From the IMG/VR virus record IMGVR_UViG_3300044712_002068, positions 6,816 to 70,815 of that record: a stretch of DNA of 64,000 nt; one strand, 5' to 3'. Position 1 is the stretch's first letter, and every line of letters starts with the position of its first letter. This DNA comes from a virus. Positions 29,992-39,722 of the stretch are shown piece by piece. The position numbers and the translations under genes are program-made. The notes below the pieces were generated by a model. That model made no database searches. It saw only the letters and a program-made list of their open reading frames with translations, and was not told where the DNA came from.

Positions 29992-30219
29992 TCAAACCTC
30001 GTCCGGATCAACTCGGTCAAAACATTCGATTAAATCATCCAAACTGCATTGATACGCCCTCATAAACAGCTTAACCTTTGCAAAAGACAATCTAGGGGAT
30101 TTGTCGAACCGCTCCCACTTGCTGACCGCATTGCTAGTTGTTTTAAGCACTTTGGCCACATCCTCTTGCGTTAATCCAGCTCTTAACCGCAGATCGGCAG
30201 GGGTGAGTCTATTTCTCAT
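29992..30219 (-). CDS. XRE-family HTH regulator
   Basis: LRLRAGLTQEDVAKVL....AVSKWE. Confidence 0.88.
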   Translation of the reverse strand: MRNRLTPADLRLRAGLTQEDVAKVLKTTSNAVSKWERFDKSPRLSFAKVKLFMRAYQCSLDDLIECFDRVDPDEV

Positions 30220-30282
30220 ACAATTATTACGGACTGGTCTAGCCAGCCCATTGGCTAGCTAGACCAGAAGCCCAAAAACGAC

Positions 30283-30322
30283 AACGGGCAACCCCCGCCC
30301 TGAGAAAGTTGGGGTTGCCCGT
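30283..30322. terminator. Strong hairpin (terminator or RNA structure)
   Basis: ACGGGCAACCCC...GGGGTTGCCCGT. Confidence 0.55.
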
Positions 30323-30583
30323 CCTAATTTTGCACTGAAATCAGCTCAGTGCCGTGAATTCAAAAAAGTCGTCCAGTATTTCATTAATCCGCAACATTCC
30401 CAGCGCCTTGTTGCTGTCAGCAATGTGATTCGTCTAAAGACCAAACACAAGCACCAGCAGCAGCTAGAGCCATTTAATGTCAACATTAATTAATCCTAAA
30501 AACGTACTTGCAAGATTTACGGAATTAGCAATATTGTTGTAAATAGCATTTTTCGTGGCTGTCTAATATCAGGTTTTCTCCTA

Positions 30584-31255
30584 ATGGATCTACAAAATTC
30601 AAGCCATTCAGCACTGACTGAATGGCTGTTTGGCGCTGTTCAGGGTTGCGAAGAGTTGAAAGCAAAATGCACAAGCTTGCAAGATAGAAAAACGCAAAAC
30701 CTTGTCATCGTCTGCGCTGACTCGGAGGTGGTCAATCGACTGCCGCTGCCACTGCTTGAGAGGGTTGCAATTAAAGCCATTCAGTTTGATGCGCCCTTTG
30801 TTGAAGTGTGGACCTTGGCGGAATGGACATCTGAAAGCCCCGATCGCCGCCCAGAATACGTTTACTCTGCTCAAGCTGCATTGCTGCTGGTGCGCCAAGT
30901 GGGTCTATTGCGGGTGCCGTCAGCGGCTGTGTCAATTCCTGGAATTGGGCAAAACGGCTCTATTGCGATCGCCCGAATGCATGACCACGTTGGCTTGTAT
31001 TGCGCAAATATTGAGCAGCATTGCGCTGCCAAGGCCAATGATTGGCTGGGCAAGGATATGAGCCGATATCACATCCCCAGCGAACTAGAGCGGCTCGTCC
31101 GGTCATTAGAGCAGCATGGGCGTATCGCGAGCTTTACCTATCGAGCCCTCGACTTTGAGCTGCGTGAAAAGGAGTTGACCGTTAATGCGTGGCTGGCAGA
31201 ATACCAGGGCGATCTCTGCCGTGTGGTAGAGGTGCTACATTCAGCCCTTGTGTGA
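30584..31255 (+). CDS. Hypothetical protein with C-terminal PAS-like domain
   Basis: DWLGKDMSRYHIPSELERL...FTYRA...TVNAWL...RVVEV resembles PAS fold pattern. Confidence 0.45.
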   Translation: MDLQNSSHSALTEWLFGAVQGCEELKAKCTSLQDRKTQNLVIVCADSEVVNRLPLPLLERVAIKAIQFDAPFVEVWTLAEWTSESPDRRPEYVYSAQAALLLVRQVGLLRVPSAAVSIPGIGQNGSIAIARMHDHVGLYCANIEQHCAAKANDWLGKDMSRYHIPSELERLVRSLEQHGRIASFTYRALDFELREKELTVNAWLAEYQGDLCRVVEVLHSALV

Positions 31256-31825
31256 GCCGTTAAGCGCTTTTATAGGCGCGTTAACGTCAATCCCGATCAG
31301 TCGGAAAAAAGGGGTGCTATCTCCATCGTCTCGGAGCTTGCGCCCCATTTCTAGGATCTCGATTAGATTTGGCGTTGCACCTGCAAAAATCTCACGGAGC
31401 CGTGACTCGGGCATCCTCAACAGTTCCGCCAACTGGGCAGGGCTCACGCCGAGTCTGACCATCTCTTTCCGAAGGAATTCGGCCAGGTCGCCCTCAACCT
31501 TGGCTCCTTCAGTAAACGGAATTTCGCCGGTTGCCATTCTAAACAAGTCTCTAGGCTGAGAAAACGGCAGCCCGGTTCTAGGGTCTGGAATCAATTCACC
31601 CAATGCGATTAGGGTTTCAGCGCTGGGCTCGTTGGCGATCACGCCCTCTGTATTGTGGCGATTTTTCCGCAGTCGCCCAATGGTAGACGACCCGACGCCA
31701 GCATCACCGCTTAGAGCCTTAGACGCTCGACTCATATCGTTTTGACTAACAAAAAGCCTGCCCTCTCCGATCAAGCTGTCGAGGTAGAGGGCGATTTGTT
31801 TTAGGGCTAAAGGTGAATAAAGCAC
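31241..31825 (-). CDS. CI-like repressor with two HTH-like domains
   Basis: SQNDMSR...GVGSSTIGRL and LGVSPAQLAELL.MPESRLREI; divergent from Cro-like gene. Confidence 0.65.
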   Translation of the reverse strand: MLYSPLALKQIALYLDSLIGEGRLFVSQNDMSRASKALSGDAGVGSSTIGRLRKNRHNTEGVIANEPSAETLIALGELIPDPRTGLPFSQPRDLFRMATGEIPFTEGAKVEGDLAEFLRKEMVRLGVSPAQLAELLRMPESRLREIFAGATPNLIEILEMGRKLRDDGDSTPFFRLIGIDVNAPIKALNGSHKG

Positions 31826-31950
31826 GGGGGTACCTGCTGCGCTACGTACAGCGTACTACACGCGAAATGAATATCAATTTTCTATCTTGCGTGTCACGCA
31901 TGATACGGGCTATAGTATTTGAAGTCCACAAACACCCCAAAAATTGCAAA

Positions 31951-32145
31951 ATGAGCGAGCGTCACGAAGTCTACAAACCTATTGCTATTAGGGCGTTAGA
32001 GCGTGGTGATGGTATCGATAAAACTTTTCACTTAATGAAGGGTTTTGTAAACCGTAGATTGATTGCCAAATGGAGCCAGGAAATTGGGGCTCGGGCTGTC
32101 AGGGTTCGAGGTAAATCAGCTCAGCGCTCTCGTAAGGCTGCATAG
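31951..32145 (+). CDS. Cro-like small basic protein
   Basis: 64 aa, divergent from repressor, first gene of early rightward operon. Confidence 0.45.
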   Translation: MSERHEVYKPIAIRALERGDGIDKTFHLMKGFVNRRLIAKWSQEIGARAVRVRGKSAQRSRKAA

Positions 32146-32451
32146 CCAAAAAATTAGCCGCTGCACCCCAGCCAGGTAGTGCAACGGCCAATTAAGTTTT
32201 CCTTCAGATCAAAGACAGCTAACTATGATTTTACATTCCGCAATAGAGAGATCTACAAGATCTCTCCGACACATTCCGGCAAAACGCCCAAAGTTGCGTC
32301 ATCAGGCGATCGCCAAAACCCTCAGAGCGCTCACTGGGCTGACAGGGTTTGAGCGTGACCACGCTGCATTGATGATCGTCAGCATTCACCCCACCGCAGG
32401 CGATCGCAGGGTTCTAGAGGCCATTGCAGAGCGGCATCTAGGGGGTGCGCT

Positions 32452-33324
32452 GTGAGTACCGAGCGAAAGCCTGCCAGCGAATTGAAGCTGCATGATGAGT
32501 TTGATGCCTACAGTGGCACCCATTTAAGACGAGTCTCAATCAATCGAGTGCCAGAAATTCAGGGCGATCGCGTGCTGCTATCCGTTCGCCCTGCCTCGTT
32601 CTTTGGCAAGGCCACAAAAGTTTGGTTTAGGTCAGATGCGTTAGTCGAGGTTTACCTCACCCGTGAAGCGAGGCTTAGCAAAGCAGAGCAGGATCGTAAG
32701 CGGGTTTTAGATGTGTTTGGTGGGGTGCCCTACAGCCAGAGCCCCTACGAAATTCAAGGGCAGGTATGCGGCGAGATGTCGCTCTCACGGGTTCGGATTG
32801 TTTTGTGCGACCTAGCACGGCACGGTGAACTGATTCGCAAGCGTCGGGGTAGGGGTAACTGCACGTTTTACCGACCACCGTTGGCGATCGGCACATCTGT
32901 GATTGACACCTCTGGCACCCGTGCAGGCGTTGTAATTGAGCGCAAGCTACTCAGGACAGAGAATAAGCCCTATCCGGTCGTGCAGTGGATGGATGGATCG
33001 AAATCATTTGGCAGTGAGCAAGGGCTTGAGCCAATGGAGCCAGGGAAGGGGCTACGGCTCAAGAGTTTAATCAAAAAGACTCCTCCGTTACTGGTCAGGC
33101 AGTTCGGTCAGCAAGATATTCCACTCGATCTGATCTATCGAGCGAATGAATGCAAGGGCAGGGCCAGGGCTCGCGCCTTTGTTGAAATTGCCGAGTGGAT
33201 TGGGGCTTATTCCAATTGCCGTGGTGGGGTTCTGATGGACTGCGATCATGCAGCGCTGCTGGATTACCTGGATTACTGCCTGCCCGGTTGGCGAAATATG
33301 CACCAAAGGCAGGTGGCCGCATGA
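32452..33324 (+). CDS. Hypothetical protein with central winged-HTH-like segment
   Basis: SPYEI...SLSRVRIVL.DLARHGEL. Confidence 0.45.
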   Translation: MSTERKPASELKLHDEFDAYSGTHLRRVSINRVPEIQGDRVLLSVRPASFFGKATKVWFRSDALVEVYLTREARLSKAEQDRKRVLDVFGGVPYSQSPYEIQGQVCGEMSLSRVRIVLCDLARHGELIRKRRGRGNCTFYRPPLAIGTSVIDTSGTRAGVVIERKLLRTENKPYPVVQWMDGSKSFGSEQGLEPMEPGKGLRLKSLIKKTPPLLVRQFGQQDIPLDLIYRANECKGRARARAFVEIAEWIGAYSNCRGGVLMDCDHAALLDYLDYCLPGWRNMHQRQVAA

Positions 33325-34097
33325 TTGCCCTTAAACAGCAAACGACCCCACGGGTCGTTATTGCCCTGCCTCCGGTCTATCAGCCGAGAGTGGGTGAGCA
33401 GGTGAAATTCTCGCTCTTTTTGTTTGGTGAGGAACGGCAGCTTGTTGGATTGGTGCAAGAGAATGCCATCCCTAACACGGCACTGCTGATCTACGAATAC
33501 AAGTTGCCGCCCAAACATACGCTGGCACCGATTTACAAAAAGAGTTTCCCCTATCCCAAGGACGGCATTTTTAGGGGTGAGGTGCAGGTGCCCCTAGAAC
33601 AAGTGTCGCCCTACGACGGTGATCAGCTTGAGCTGCCCACCAAAAAACCGACCCAGGCCCAGCAGCGAGCACAGCGCAAAGCAGAGCGAGCCAGGAAGGA
33701 AGCTGATAAGGTCGCGCAGGCTGAGGCGATCGCCAAGGCCACTCGCAGCGCAGAGCTGCGCACCGATCAGATGCTGGCTGAGGCTGCGCAAGCTGAGGAT
33801 CTGCACACTCGGCTATCGCTGCTAGAGCAAGAACGCGATTGCATTAAATCTGAGGGTGCGATGGGCTTAAAAGGTGCATGGATTGAATGCAATAAAGTCC
33901 ACGAAAAAGACTTTATTCAGGCTGTCTGGAATGCTCGCAAGCCAATCTTTAGATCGACCAAAGGAGGGCTAACAAAGAGCCAATATATCGGCAAAGAGGG
34001 CAGCTTAAAACATCAGCAAGCGGGTGCGCAGTGGAGCCGTAGACAGCGTTATGAGACTGTCTGCGCACAGATTGAAGTTCTATCAGAGGGCATTTAA
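33321..34097 (+). CDS. Hypothetical protein
   Basis: ATGA-coupled ORF; C-terminal W..RKPIF...KSQYIG motif. Confidence 0.5.
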   Translation: MIALKQQTTPRVVIALPPVYQPRVGEQVKFSLFLFGEERQLVGLVQENAIPNTALLIYEYKLPPKHTLAPIYKKSFPYPKDGIFRGEVQVPLEQVSPYDGDQLELPTKKPTQAQQRAQRKAERARKEADKVAQAEAIAKATRSAELRTDQMLAEAAQAEDLHTRLSLLEQERDCIKSEGAMGLKGAWIECNKVHEKDFIQAVWNARKPIFRSTKGGLTKSQYIGKEGSLKHQQAGAQWSRRQRYETVCAQIEVLSEGI

Positions 34098-34430
34098 GTG
34101 ATACCAGACGATCCAGGATTGAGCCTTGAAAACATCGCAGACGGTGCGGTCGTTGAACAGTTTGCGATCGAGCTGCAAAACGTTTTGAGAAACATTGCAG
34201 ACCCAAACACCCGAGCGCTATTTAAGCGTGAAATAACCATGAAAGTCGTGTTTATTCCTAACGAGGATCGCGACTTAATTTCGATGGGTGTGCAGTGTAC
34301 GTCAAAACTGGCTCCGCCCAAGGCGATCGCTGCCACGGTGGCGATGTCGATTCGAGGCAGTTTGGTCAGTGCCTCAGAAATCAAGCCTCCGAAACAACTC
34401 ACGTTTATCGAATCCCTTAAAGAGAACTAG
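34098..34430 (+). CDS. Conserved phage protein (YfdP-like partner of next gene)
   Basis: GAVVEQF..EL..VL.NI.DPNT...KREIT...P...SKLAP. Confidence 0.6.
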   Translation: MIPDDPGLSLENIADGAVVEQFAIELQNVLRNIADPNTRALFKREITMKVVFIPNEDRDLISMGVQCTSKLAPPKAIAATVAMSIRGSLVSASEIKPPKQLTFIESLKEN

Positions 34431-34433
34431 AAC

Positions 34434-35168
34434 ATGGCAGAGTTAATTCCTTCAGATGCGGTCAAGGCCATTCAAGCAAGTGTAGACGTTCAGCGGGTTG
34501 AGGTAGACGGGCTGATTTACACCTCTAAGCCCGTTTATTTGCCGCCAGACGAGCCAAGCGTTACCCCGATAACTGTTCATACCCTCACAGGTCTTGTGGA
34601 CTATTTACGGGCTGATCTGGATGAGGTTCAGCACGCAGTTCAGATCCATGTGGTTGGGCCGACTCTGGTGAGGCTGGTCACTTCACCAGAAGGGCGTGGT
34701 CGCGATCGCAGCAGCTATCTAGTGGCCGACTGCAAGCCCATCATTGGTGGGGGCTACTCCTTTGGTCAGTTCAGGCCCAGCGAGAATTTCATCATTGACC
34801 TGATGAGCTTATTTGAGCGGACGGAGGCGATCGCCAACATCCTGGCAGTGGTCGGAAACGTCAGAGAGGAGAGCGTTAGGAGTTCCAGTGATGACGGCAT
34901 CACGCAGACGGTAACGGCTCGCCAAGGCATTGCACGGGTCACTAATGTCGAGGTTCCCAACCCGGTTATCTTGCGACCCTACCGCACGTTTCCAGAGGTC
35001 GGGCAGCCTGAGTCTGCTTTTGTGCTGCGGCTCAAATCGGGGAAGGATGGAGAGCTGCCGAGCTGCGCTCTGTTTGAGGCCGATGGGGGCAGGTGGAAAT
35101 TAGACGCAATTTACAACATCAGACAGTATCTGGCCGAGGCGCTGCCAGAGGCCACGATTCTGGCGTAG
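34434..35168 (+). CDS. Conserved phage protein (YfdQ/DUF2303-like)
   Basis: TLTGLVDY...DDGITQ...PNPV.LRPYRTFPEV.QPES.F..R...LFEADGGRW. Confidence 0.6.
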   Translation: MAELIPSDAVKAIQASVDVQRVEVDGLIYTSKPVYLPPDEPSVTPITVHTLTGLVDYLRADLDEVQHAVQIHVVGPTLVRLVTSPEGRGRDRSSYLVADCKPIIGGGYSFGQFRPSENFIIDLMSLFERTEAIANILAVVGNVREESVRSSSDDGITQTVTARQGIARVTNVEVPNPVILRPYRTFPEVGQPESAFVLRLKSGKDGELPSCALFEADGGRWKLDAIYNIRQYLAEALPEATILA

Positions 35169-35315
35169 GGGTGGCGTGATGACTCACGGGAAAAACAAGG
35201 GTCGTGGTTGGCGTATTGAGCGCTGGCATCGTCAGCTCTGCCTGCGGTTATTCGAGCAGGGCTGGCGATGGGACTGGGAATCAGGATCGTGGATACGGGG
35301 CAAGGAGGCTGAGCG

Positions 35316-35861
35316 GTGAATCAAATTAGTGGCGATCGCACTGCGGTCGATTTATCGGTAATCAATCACGGCTCACTAAGCGCTAAAGCCATAGGGCTGT
35401 ATGGGGTCATCTGCTACCTGCAGCAACATGAAGGGATTGAATACCCTTGCATTGACGATATTGAGCCGTTATGCGCTGAGGGTAGAACGGCTGTCATCAG
35501 CGGGTTAAAAGAGTTGCGGAGATTTGGCATTATCCCAGCTCGACCACCCCACCCAGACACCAGAAAACCTGGCTATCTCTATGTGTTCAAAAAGGTCGAG
35601 CGCAGTGAGTTCAAGATTGGTTGCTCTACCCAGGCTGTTGTAAGGCGCGAGCAGTTGCGCAAAAAGCACGGGGATCTGGAAACCGTTATGTGTTTTCCGG
35701 TGAGTGATATGGGCGGAACTGAGACGCAATTACATCAACTTTTTGTGTTTAAGCACATTGAGGGGGAATGGTTTGACCTGAACTCAGAGGATTTGAAGCA
35801 AATTCGCGATCGCGTGACCAACCACTGCACTCAGGAGGTGACTGAATGTGGTGATGTCTGA
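35316..35861 (+). CDS. HTH plus T5orf172/MUG113 (GIY-YIG-like) domain protein
   Basis: LSAKAIGLY HTH-like start; GYLYVF...FKIG.S...E..LH..F...GEWF. Confidence 0.75.
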   Translation: MNQISGDRTAVDLSVINHGSLSAKAIGLYGVICYLQQHEGIEYPCIDDIEPLCAEGRTAVISGLKELRRFGIIPARPPHPDTRKPGYLYVFKKVERSEFKIGCSTQAVVRREQLRKKHGDLETVMCFPVSDMGGTETQLHQLFVFKHIEGEWFDLNSEDLKQIRDRVTNHCTQEVTECGDV

Positions 35862-37419
35862 AAACCTAGAGCCGCAGGAATCATTTGCCGTTGGTGACGA
35901 GAGAGACTTAGGAGCCGTCATCCCATCATCATTAGACGATTTCGGGCTAGACCCTTACGAGTTTCGCATTTATGCCCGTCTGGCTCGCAGGGCAAACAAC
36001 GGGGGCGCTGCCTACGAAAGTGTTTCACGTATGGCGAAAGCATGTCGAATAGGCGATCAAAAAGTGAAAGAGGTTCTCAGGTTTCTGCTTGCGGCTGGGA
36101 TGGTTTCCAAGCATTCCAGGCAAGGCCAAACAACCGTTTACCGACTCAAGGCAAATCAACACTGGACACATCCTGAGATGCTTGACGAACTTAGGCGGAA
36201 AACCTCATACCACCCAGGTGCTAGAAACACCCAGGTGTCAGCAACACCCAGGTGTCAGCAACACCCAGGTAAACAAAAAAGAAGGGAGGTAGGTGTTGAG
36301 GACACCCAAGGGGTAGGTGTTGAGGACACCCAAGGGGTAGGTGTTGAGGACACCCAAGGGGTAGGTGTTGAGGACACCCACAAAGGAATCCCTATTAAGG
36401 AATCCAATGAAGGAATCCCTTTAAGGAATCCCGATCAAGAGTGTGGTGCGATCGCTATCGCTAACGCACCACGCCCACATATTTCAACAGCGGAAATTGA
36501 TCAAAGCCAATCAGGGCAAGCTGTCACAGACCCATTGTCAGAGTCAGGCGCCAGGCAGAACACAACTGTTAAAGCAAGGCAGGCTGCACAGGGCAAGGGT
36601 TCCGAGCCGAAAAACTCCAAGGAAAGAAAAAAGCGGTTAGAGGATATGACCGCAGCGCAGGTCTACGGGCTGTTGCCGGATCGCGATCGCTATGAGCGGC
36701 ATTGGGTCTGGTATTGCAATCAGTGCGCAAAGGCCACCGATTCTAAGGGCAAGACGCCTAACCCCGGAGATAAAAAACTCGCTGCGATCGCATGGATTGA
36801 GATGGAAATTGACAGCATTTACGACGAATACCGGGAGGGATGCAGGGTTTTTAACTGGAAGGGGGTAGGGATTCCCCATTTCTCGGTATTCCTGCGAGGC
36901 AACAAGACAGACGGGAAAGAGCCGTATTGGAGGGCTGCGCTTGAGCAGCACAAGGCACGGCAACAGCAGACAGACCCTGATTTAGTCGAGGCTATCGAGC
37001 AAACCTCTGAACCATGGGGCAGCTATCAAAACCCCGATCCTGGGTTTTTAGACTACCTACTGCGGATCTGCCTGCCCAAACTGCCCTGTAACAAGGGCGT
37101 GACCCTAAACAAAGGCGATGCCCACAAATGGCTGAACAGGGCCAGGGTCGAGCCGTTGCGCCTTGATGCTGCGCTGATTGAGTGGAGCAGCTATCAAGAC
37201 TGGCTTAAGCGACGGGAGGGAGCCAGCAGCGCTGCTGCCATCGAAAATCAGCCTAAACCTCTATCAGAGGCAGACACTGACACCCGACTATCGACCCTCA
37301 ATGAGTGGTTGAGAAATGGACGCAGGGAGAGCGTCAAGCAGGCGATCGCCACCAATCCCCAATGGGGTCTAGTGCTGAGCAATGGGGGCACGGAGGTGAC
37401 ATGCAAAATGACCGCTTAA
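35848..37419 (+). CDS. Replication initiator (lambda O-like, N-terminal wHTH) with internal origin
   Basis: LDPYEFRIYARL.RRA...YES...MA..C.I wHTH followed by tandem repeats. Confidence 0.75.
   Translation: MVMSENLEPQESFAVGDERDLGAVIPSSLDDFGLDPYEFRIYARLARRANNGGAAYESVSRMAKACRIGDQKVKEVLRFLLAAGMVSKHSRQGQTTVYRLKANQHWTHPEMLDELRRKTSYHPGARNTQVSATPRCQQHPGKQKRREVGVEDTQGVGVEDTQGVGVEDTQGVGVEDTHKGIPIKESNEGIPLRNPDQECGAIAIANAPRPHISTAEIDQSQSGQAVTDPLSESGARQNTTVKARQAAQGKGSEPKNSKERKKRLEDMTAAQVYGLLPDRDRYERHWVWYCNQCAKATDSKGKTPNPGDKKLAAIAWIEMEIDSIYDEYREGCRVFNWKGVGIPHFSVFLRGNKTDGKEPYWRAALEQHKARQQQTDPDLVEAIEQTSEPWGSYQNPDPGFLDYLLRICLPKLPCNKGVTLNKGDAHKWLNRARVEPLRLDAALIEWSSYQDWLKRREGASSAAAIENQPKPLSEADTDTRLSTLNEWLRNGRRESVKQAIATNPQWGLVLSNGGTEVTCKMTA
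36211..36432 (+). repeat. Iteron-like origin repeats inside rep gene
   Basis: 17-bp CACCCAGGTG units, 24-bp GGTAGGTGTTGAGGACACCCAAGG x about 4, AAGGAATCC x4. Confidence 0.85.
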
Positions 37420-37638
37420 AAACGCTCATTCAGTCCATCTCGCAGCTCTCGCATAAATTCACCATGCCGAGCGCTGGCGTGATTGTGCCACCCGCTAACC
37501 GATTCGACCAGATGCGCTGCTGGTTGAGTGACCCGATTTTGAGAGACGAGGCAGCCCAGTGGGCAAAACGGCACGACGTTGAGATTGTCTACAGCGAGTA
37601 CGGGGTTCCAATTGACCTGATCAAAAACACGGAGTCGG

Positions 37639-37914
37639 ATGATTGACATGCAATCTGAACTTTATTGCTCGCCCCTAGAACAATGGTCAGAACCGTGCTC
37701 TCCCGACCTAGCAGGCGAACTGGCCGCCATCAAAATCTACTGGCGATCGCAGAGTCTGTCTTGGGATGATGAGCGGCTGATTCAGTGGTTTGAGCGATCG
37801 GGCATCAAATACCCCGATACGGCTGCGCTGCATGGCTTGTCTGATTTAGCGGTCAAAAAGTTGGCTCATGACCTACAGCAAACATTTGGCAGGGGTGGGC
37901 AATGCAGCAGCTAG
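37639..37914 (+). CDS. Hypothetical protein
   Basis: Overlapping ORF in early operon. Confidence 0.45.
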   Translation: MIDMQSELYCSPLEQWSEPCSPDLAGELAAIKIYWRSQSLSWDDERLIQWFERSGIKYPDTAALHGLSDLAVKKLAHDLQQTFGRGGQCSS

Positions 37915-38159
37915 ACCTACTCAATTACGTGCCAAGCGCTCAAGAAATGGCGATCGCCTACGATCTTGAGCCACCAAAAAACATCAATCACCACGTTGTT
38001 GCGCACTGGCAGCGCTGCGCTGATGTCTACCTGAGTCTGATGGGTCGCATTGCAAGGGGCGATCGCCTGCCTCAGAACGTTAAACGCCACGAAATTGGCC
38101 GATTGATGGCCATGCGAGAAACCGCACTGCAACGAGCCAGGGAGGGGAAATGCAACTAG
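37902..38159 (+). CDS. Hypothetical protein
   Basis: MQQLDL start; overlapping ORF. Confidence 0.45.
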   Translation: MQQLDLLNYVPSAQEMAIAYDLEPPKNINHHVVAHWQRCADVYLSLMGRIARGDRLPQNVKRHEIGRLMAMRETALQRAREGKCN

Positions 38160-38800
38160 AACTACTCAACCGATCGCCCAAACAACTGCTGTCAGGCTGT
38201 CACCATGTTCCTAGCTGGTTGACGATTAACGAGCAGCAGGAACTGATCAACGACCTGCGGGAATGGTGCGCCGGTGGGTTCTGGACACCCAAAATGCCCA
38301 ACGGCACCCCGATGAATCATCCACTGTGTGGGCTCGGGCTTAACTGGCAGCCCTATGAATATCTGCCGACCGATCGCCCATTCCCAGGCAGGTTGATGTT
38401 TTTGGCTAAGAGGGCGATCGCGGCTACGCTGCCACACTGGCAAACCGAATTTTGGCCAGACGTCGGAATAGTCAACTATTTTCCGCCTAGTAGCTCGCTG
38501 GGGCTGCATCAAGACAGGTCTGAGGCAGAGAACCTTAGAGATGCAGGCAGTCCAGTGGTAACGATTTCGTTGGGCGATGCTGCGCTGTTTCGATTGGGGC
38601 AGCGTGCCCACCGTGACCCACCGTACAGCGATGTCGAGCTGCGCAGCGGCGATCTAATCGTGATGGGTGATTACTCTCGCCTGTGCTTTCATGGCATCCC
38701 CAAGATTTTCGGAGGCACCGCACCGGCTGCGCTGGAAATGAAGCCAGGGCGACTCAGCGTGACCATCAGACAGGCAAACGTTTTAGAGGTGAAAGCATGA
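38150..38800 (+). CDS. alkB: AlkB-family 2OG-Fe(II) dioxygenase
   Basis: NYF...LGLHQD.SE...VVTISLG...L.SGD...FHG...GR.S.T.R. Confidence 0.9.
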   Translation: MQLELLNRSPKQLLSGCHHVPSWLTINEQQELINDLREWCAGGFWTPKMPNGTPMNHPLCGLGLNWQPYEYLPTDRPFPGRLMFLAKRAIAATLPHWQTEFWPDVGIVNYFPPSSSLGLHQDRSEAENLRDAGSPVVTISLGDAALFRLGQRAHRDPPYSDVELRSGDLIVMGDYSRLCFHGIPKIFGGTAPAALEMKPGRLSVTIRQANVLEVKA

Positions 38801-39056
38801 CACTTCGAGGCTGGATCGGTTATCTACAGTGTTTTTTTCACGACACAAGATCGTGGTGTATCGCTATGGGTCGGCATACCGCACCCACTGCTCACGCTGC
38901 CCAAATCCAAACCACTGGACGGCAAGAGAACTGCTGCACAGCCTTAAGACCTGGCTCGGGCTAAAGGCACGCTCGATCAGGGATTGGGTGAAGGGCGATC
39001 GCAGCGATGATATGCCGTTCTAGGGGTGAAATTTACCAAATTAAGGAGCTAAAACC

Positions 39057-39722
39057 ATGACCGAAACGACTGCAACGTACAGAGCTGGAATGCCCACAAT
39101 CCCCGACAGACTGCGATCGCGACCCATCCAAAACGGCTACCCTGTGCCGTGGTTCGCAATTCAGATTGATGGAGTCTACGACTTTCGCATCGTAGACAAA
39201 CCCAGGATAGGCACAGCACTGAAAGAAAAACTGTGCTGGTGCTGTGGCCAAAAAATGGGAGCCTACAAAGCATTTCTGATAGGCCCGATGTGCGCTGTCA
39301 ACCGGGTTATCAGTGAGCCTCCATCACATCGCGACTGCGCAGAATGGACGGCAAAAGTGTGCCCATTCCTCGCTCAGCGGCAAGAATTTAGGCGAGATAT
39401 TAACCTCGATCCTAAATATTCCGTTCACCTAGAACAGCCACCAGGAAACGCGATCATGCGGCAACCGGGTGCTACATGCCTGTGGATTACTAAGAGCTTC
39501 AGGCTGCTCAGTGTGAGCAACGGTCTGCTATTCGACTTAGGTGAGCCGACAGAGGTGCTCTGGTTCAAAGAGGGCCGACCAGCGACCCGAGCTGAGGTTT
39601 TGGAGTCGATAGAGAGCGGATACCCAATCTTGCTTGATATGGCGAGGCAGGAGGGGGCCGCATCAGTGCGAGAGCTTGAGCGGATGAAAACCAAGGCGAT
39701 GGAGTTAATACCCAATGAGTGA
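39057..39722 (+). CDS. Conserved Cys-rich phage protein
   Basis: GYPVPWF..DFR...CWCCG...GPMC...EPPSH.DCA....CPFL. Confidence 0.6.
   Translation: MTETTATYRAGMPTIPDRLRSRPIQNGYPVPWFAIQIDGVYDFRIVDKPRIGTALKEKLCWCCGQKMGAYKAFLIGPMCAVNRVISEPPSHRDCAEWTAKVCPFLAQRQEFRRDINLDPKYSVHLEQPPGNAIMRQPGATCLWITKSFRLLSVSNGLLFDLGEPTEVLWFKEGRPATRAEVLESIESGYPILLDMARQEGAASVRELERMKTKAMELIPNE

Noticed and set aside
30504-30520. NtcA box upstream of the PAS-like gene
   Set aside because: GTA and TAC are 11 bp apart, not 8.
36288-36380. 24-bp repeats as a CRISPR array
   Set aside because: Tandem repeats without spacers, inside the rep gene, and no cas genes seen.
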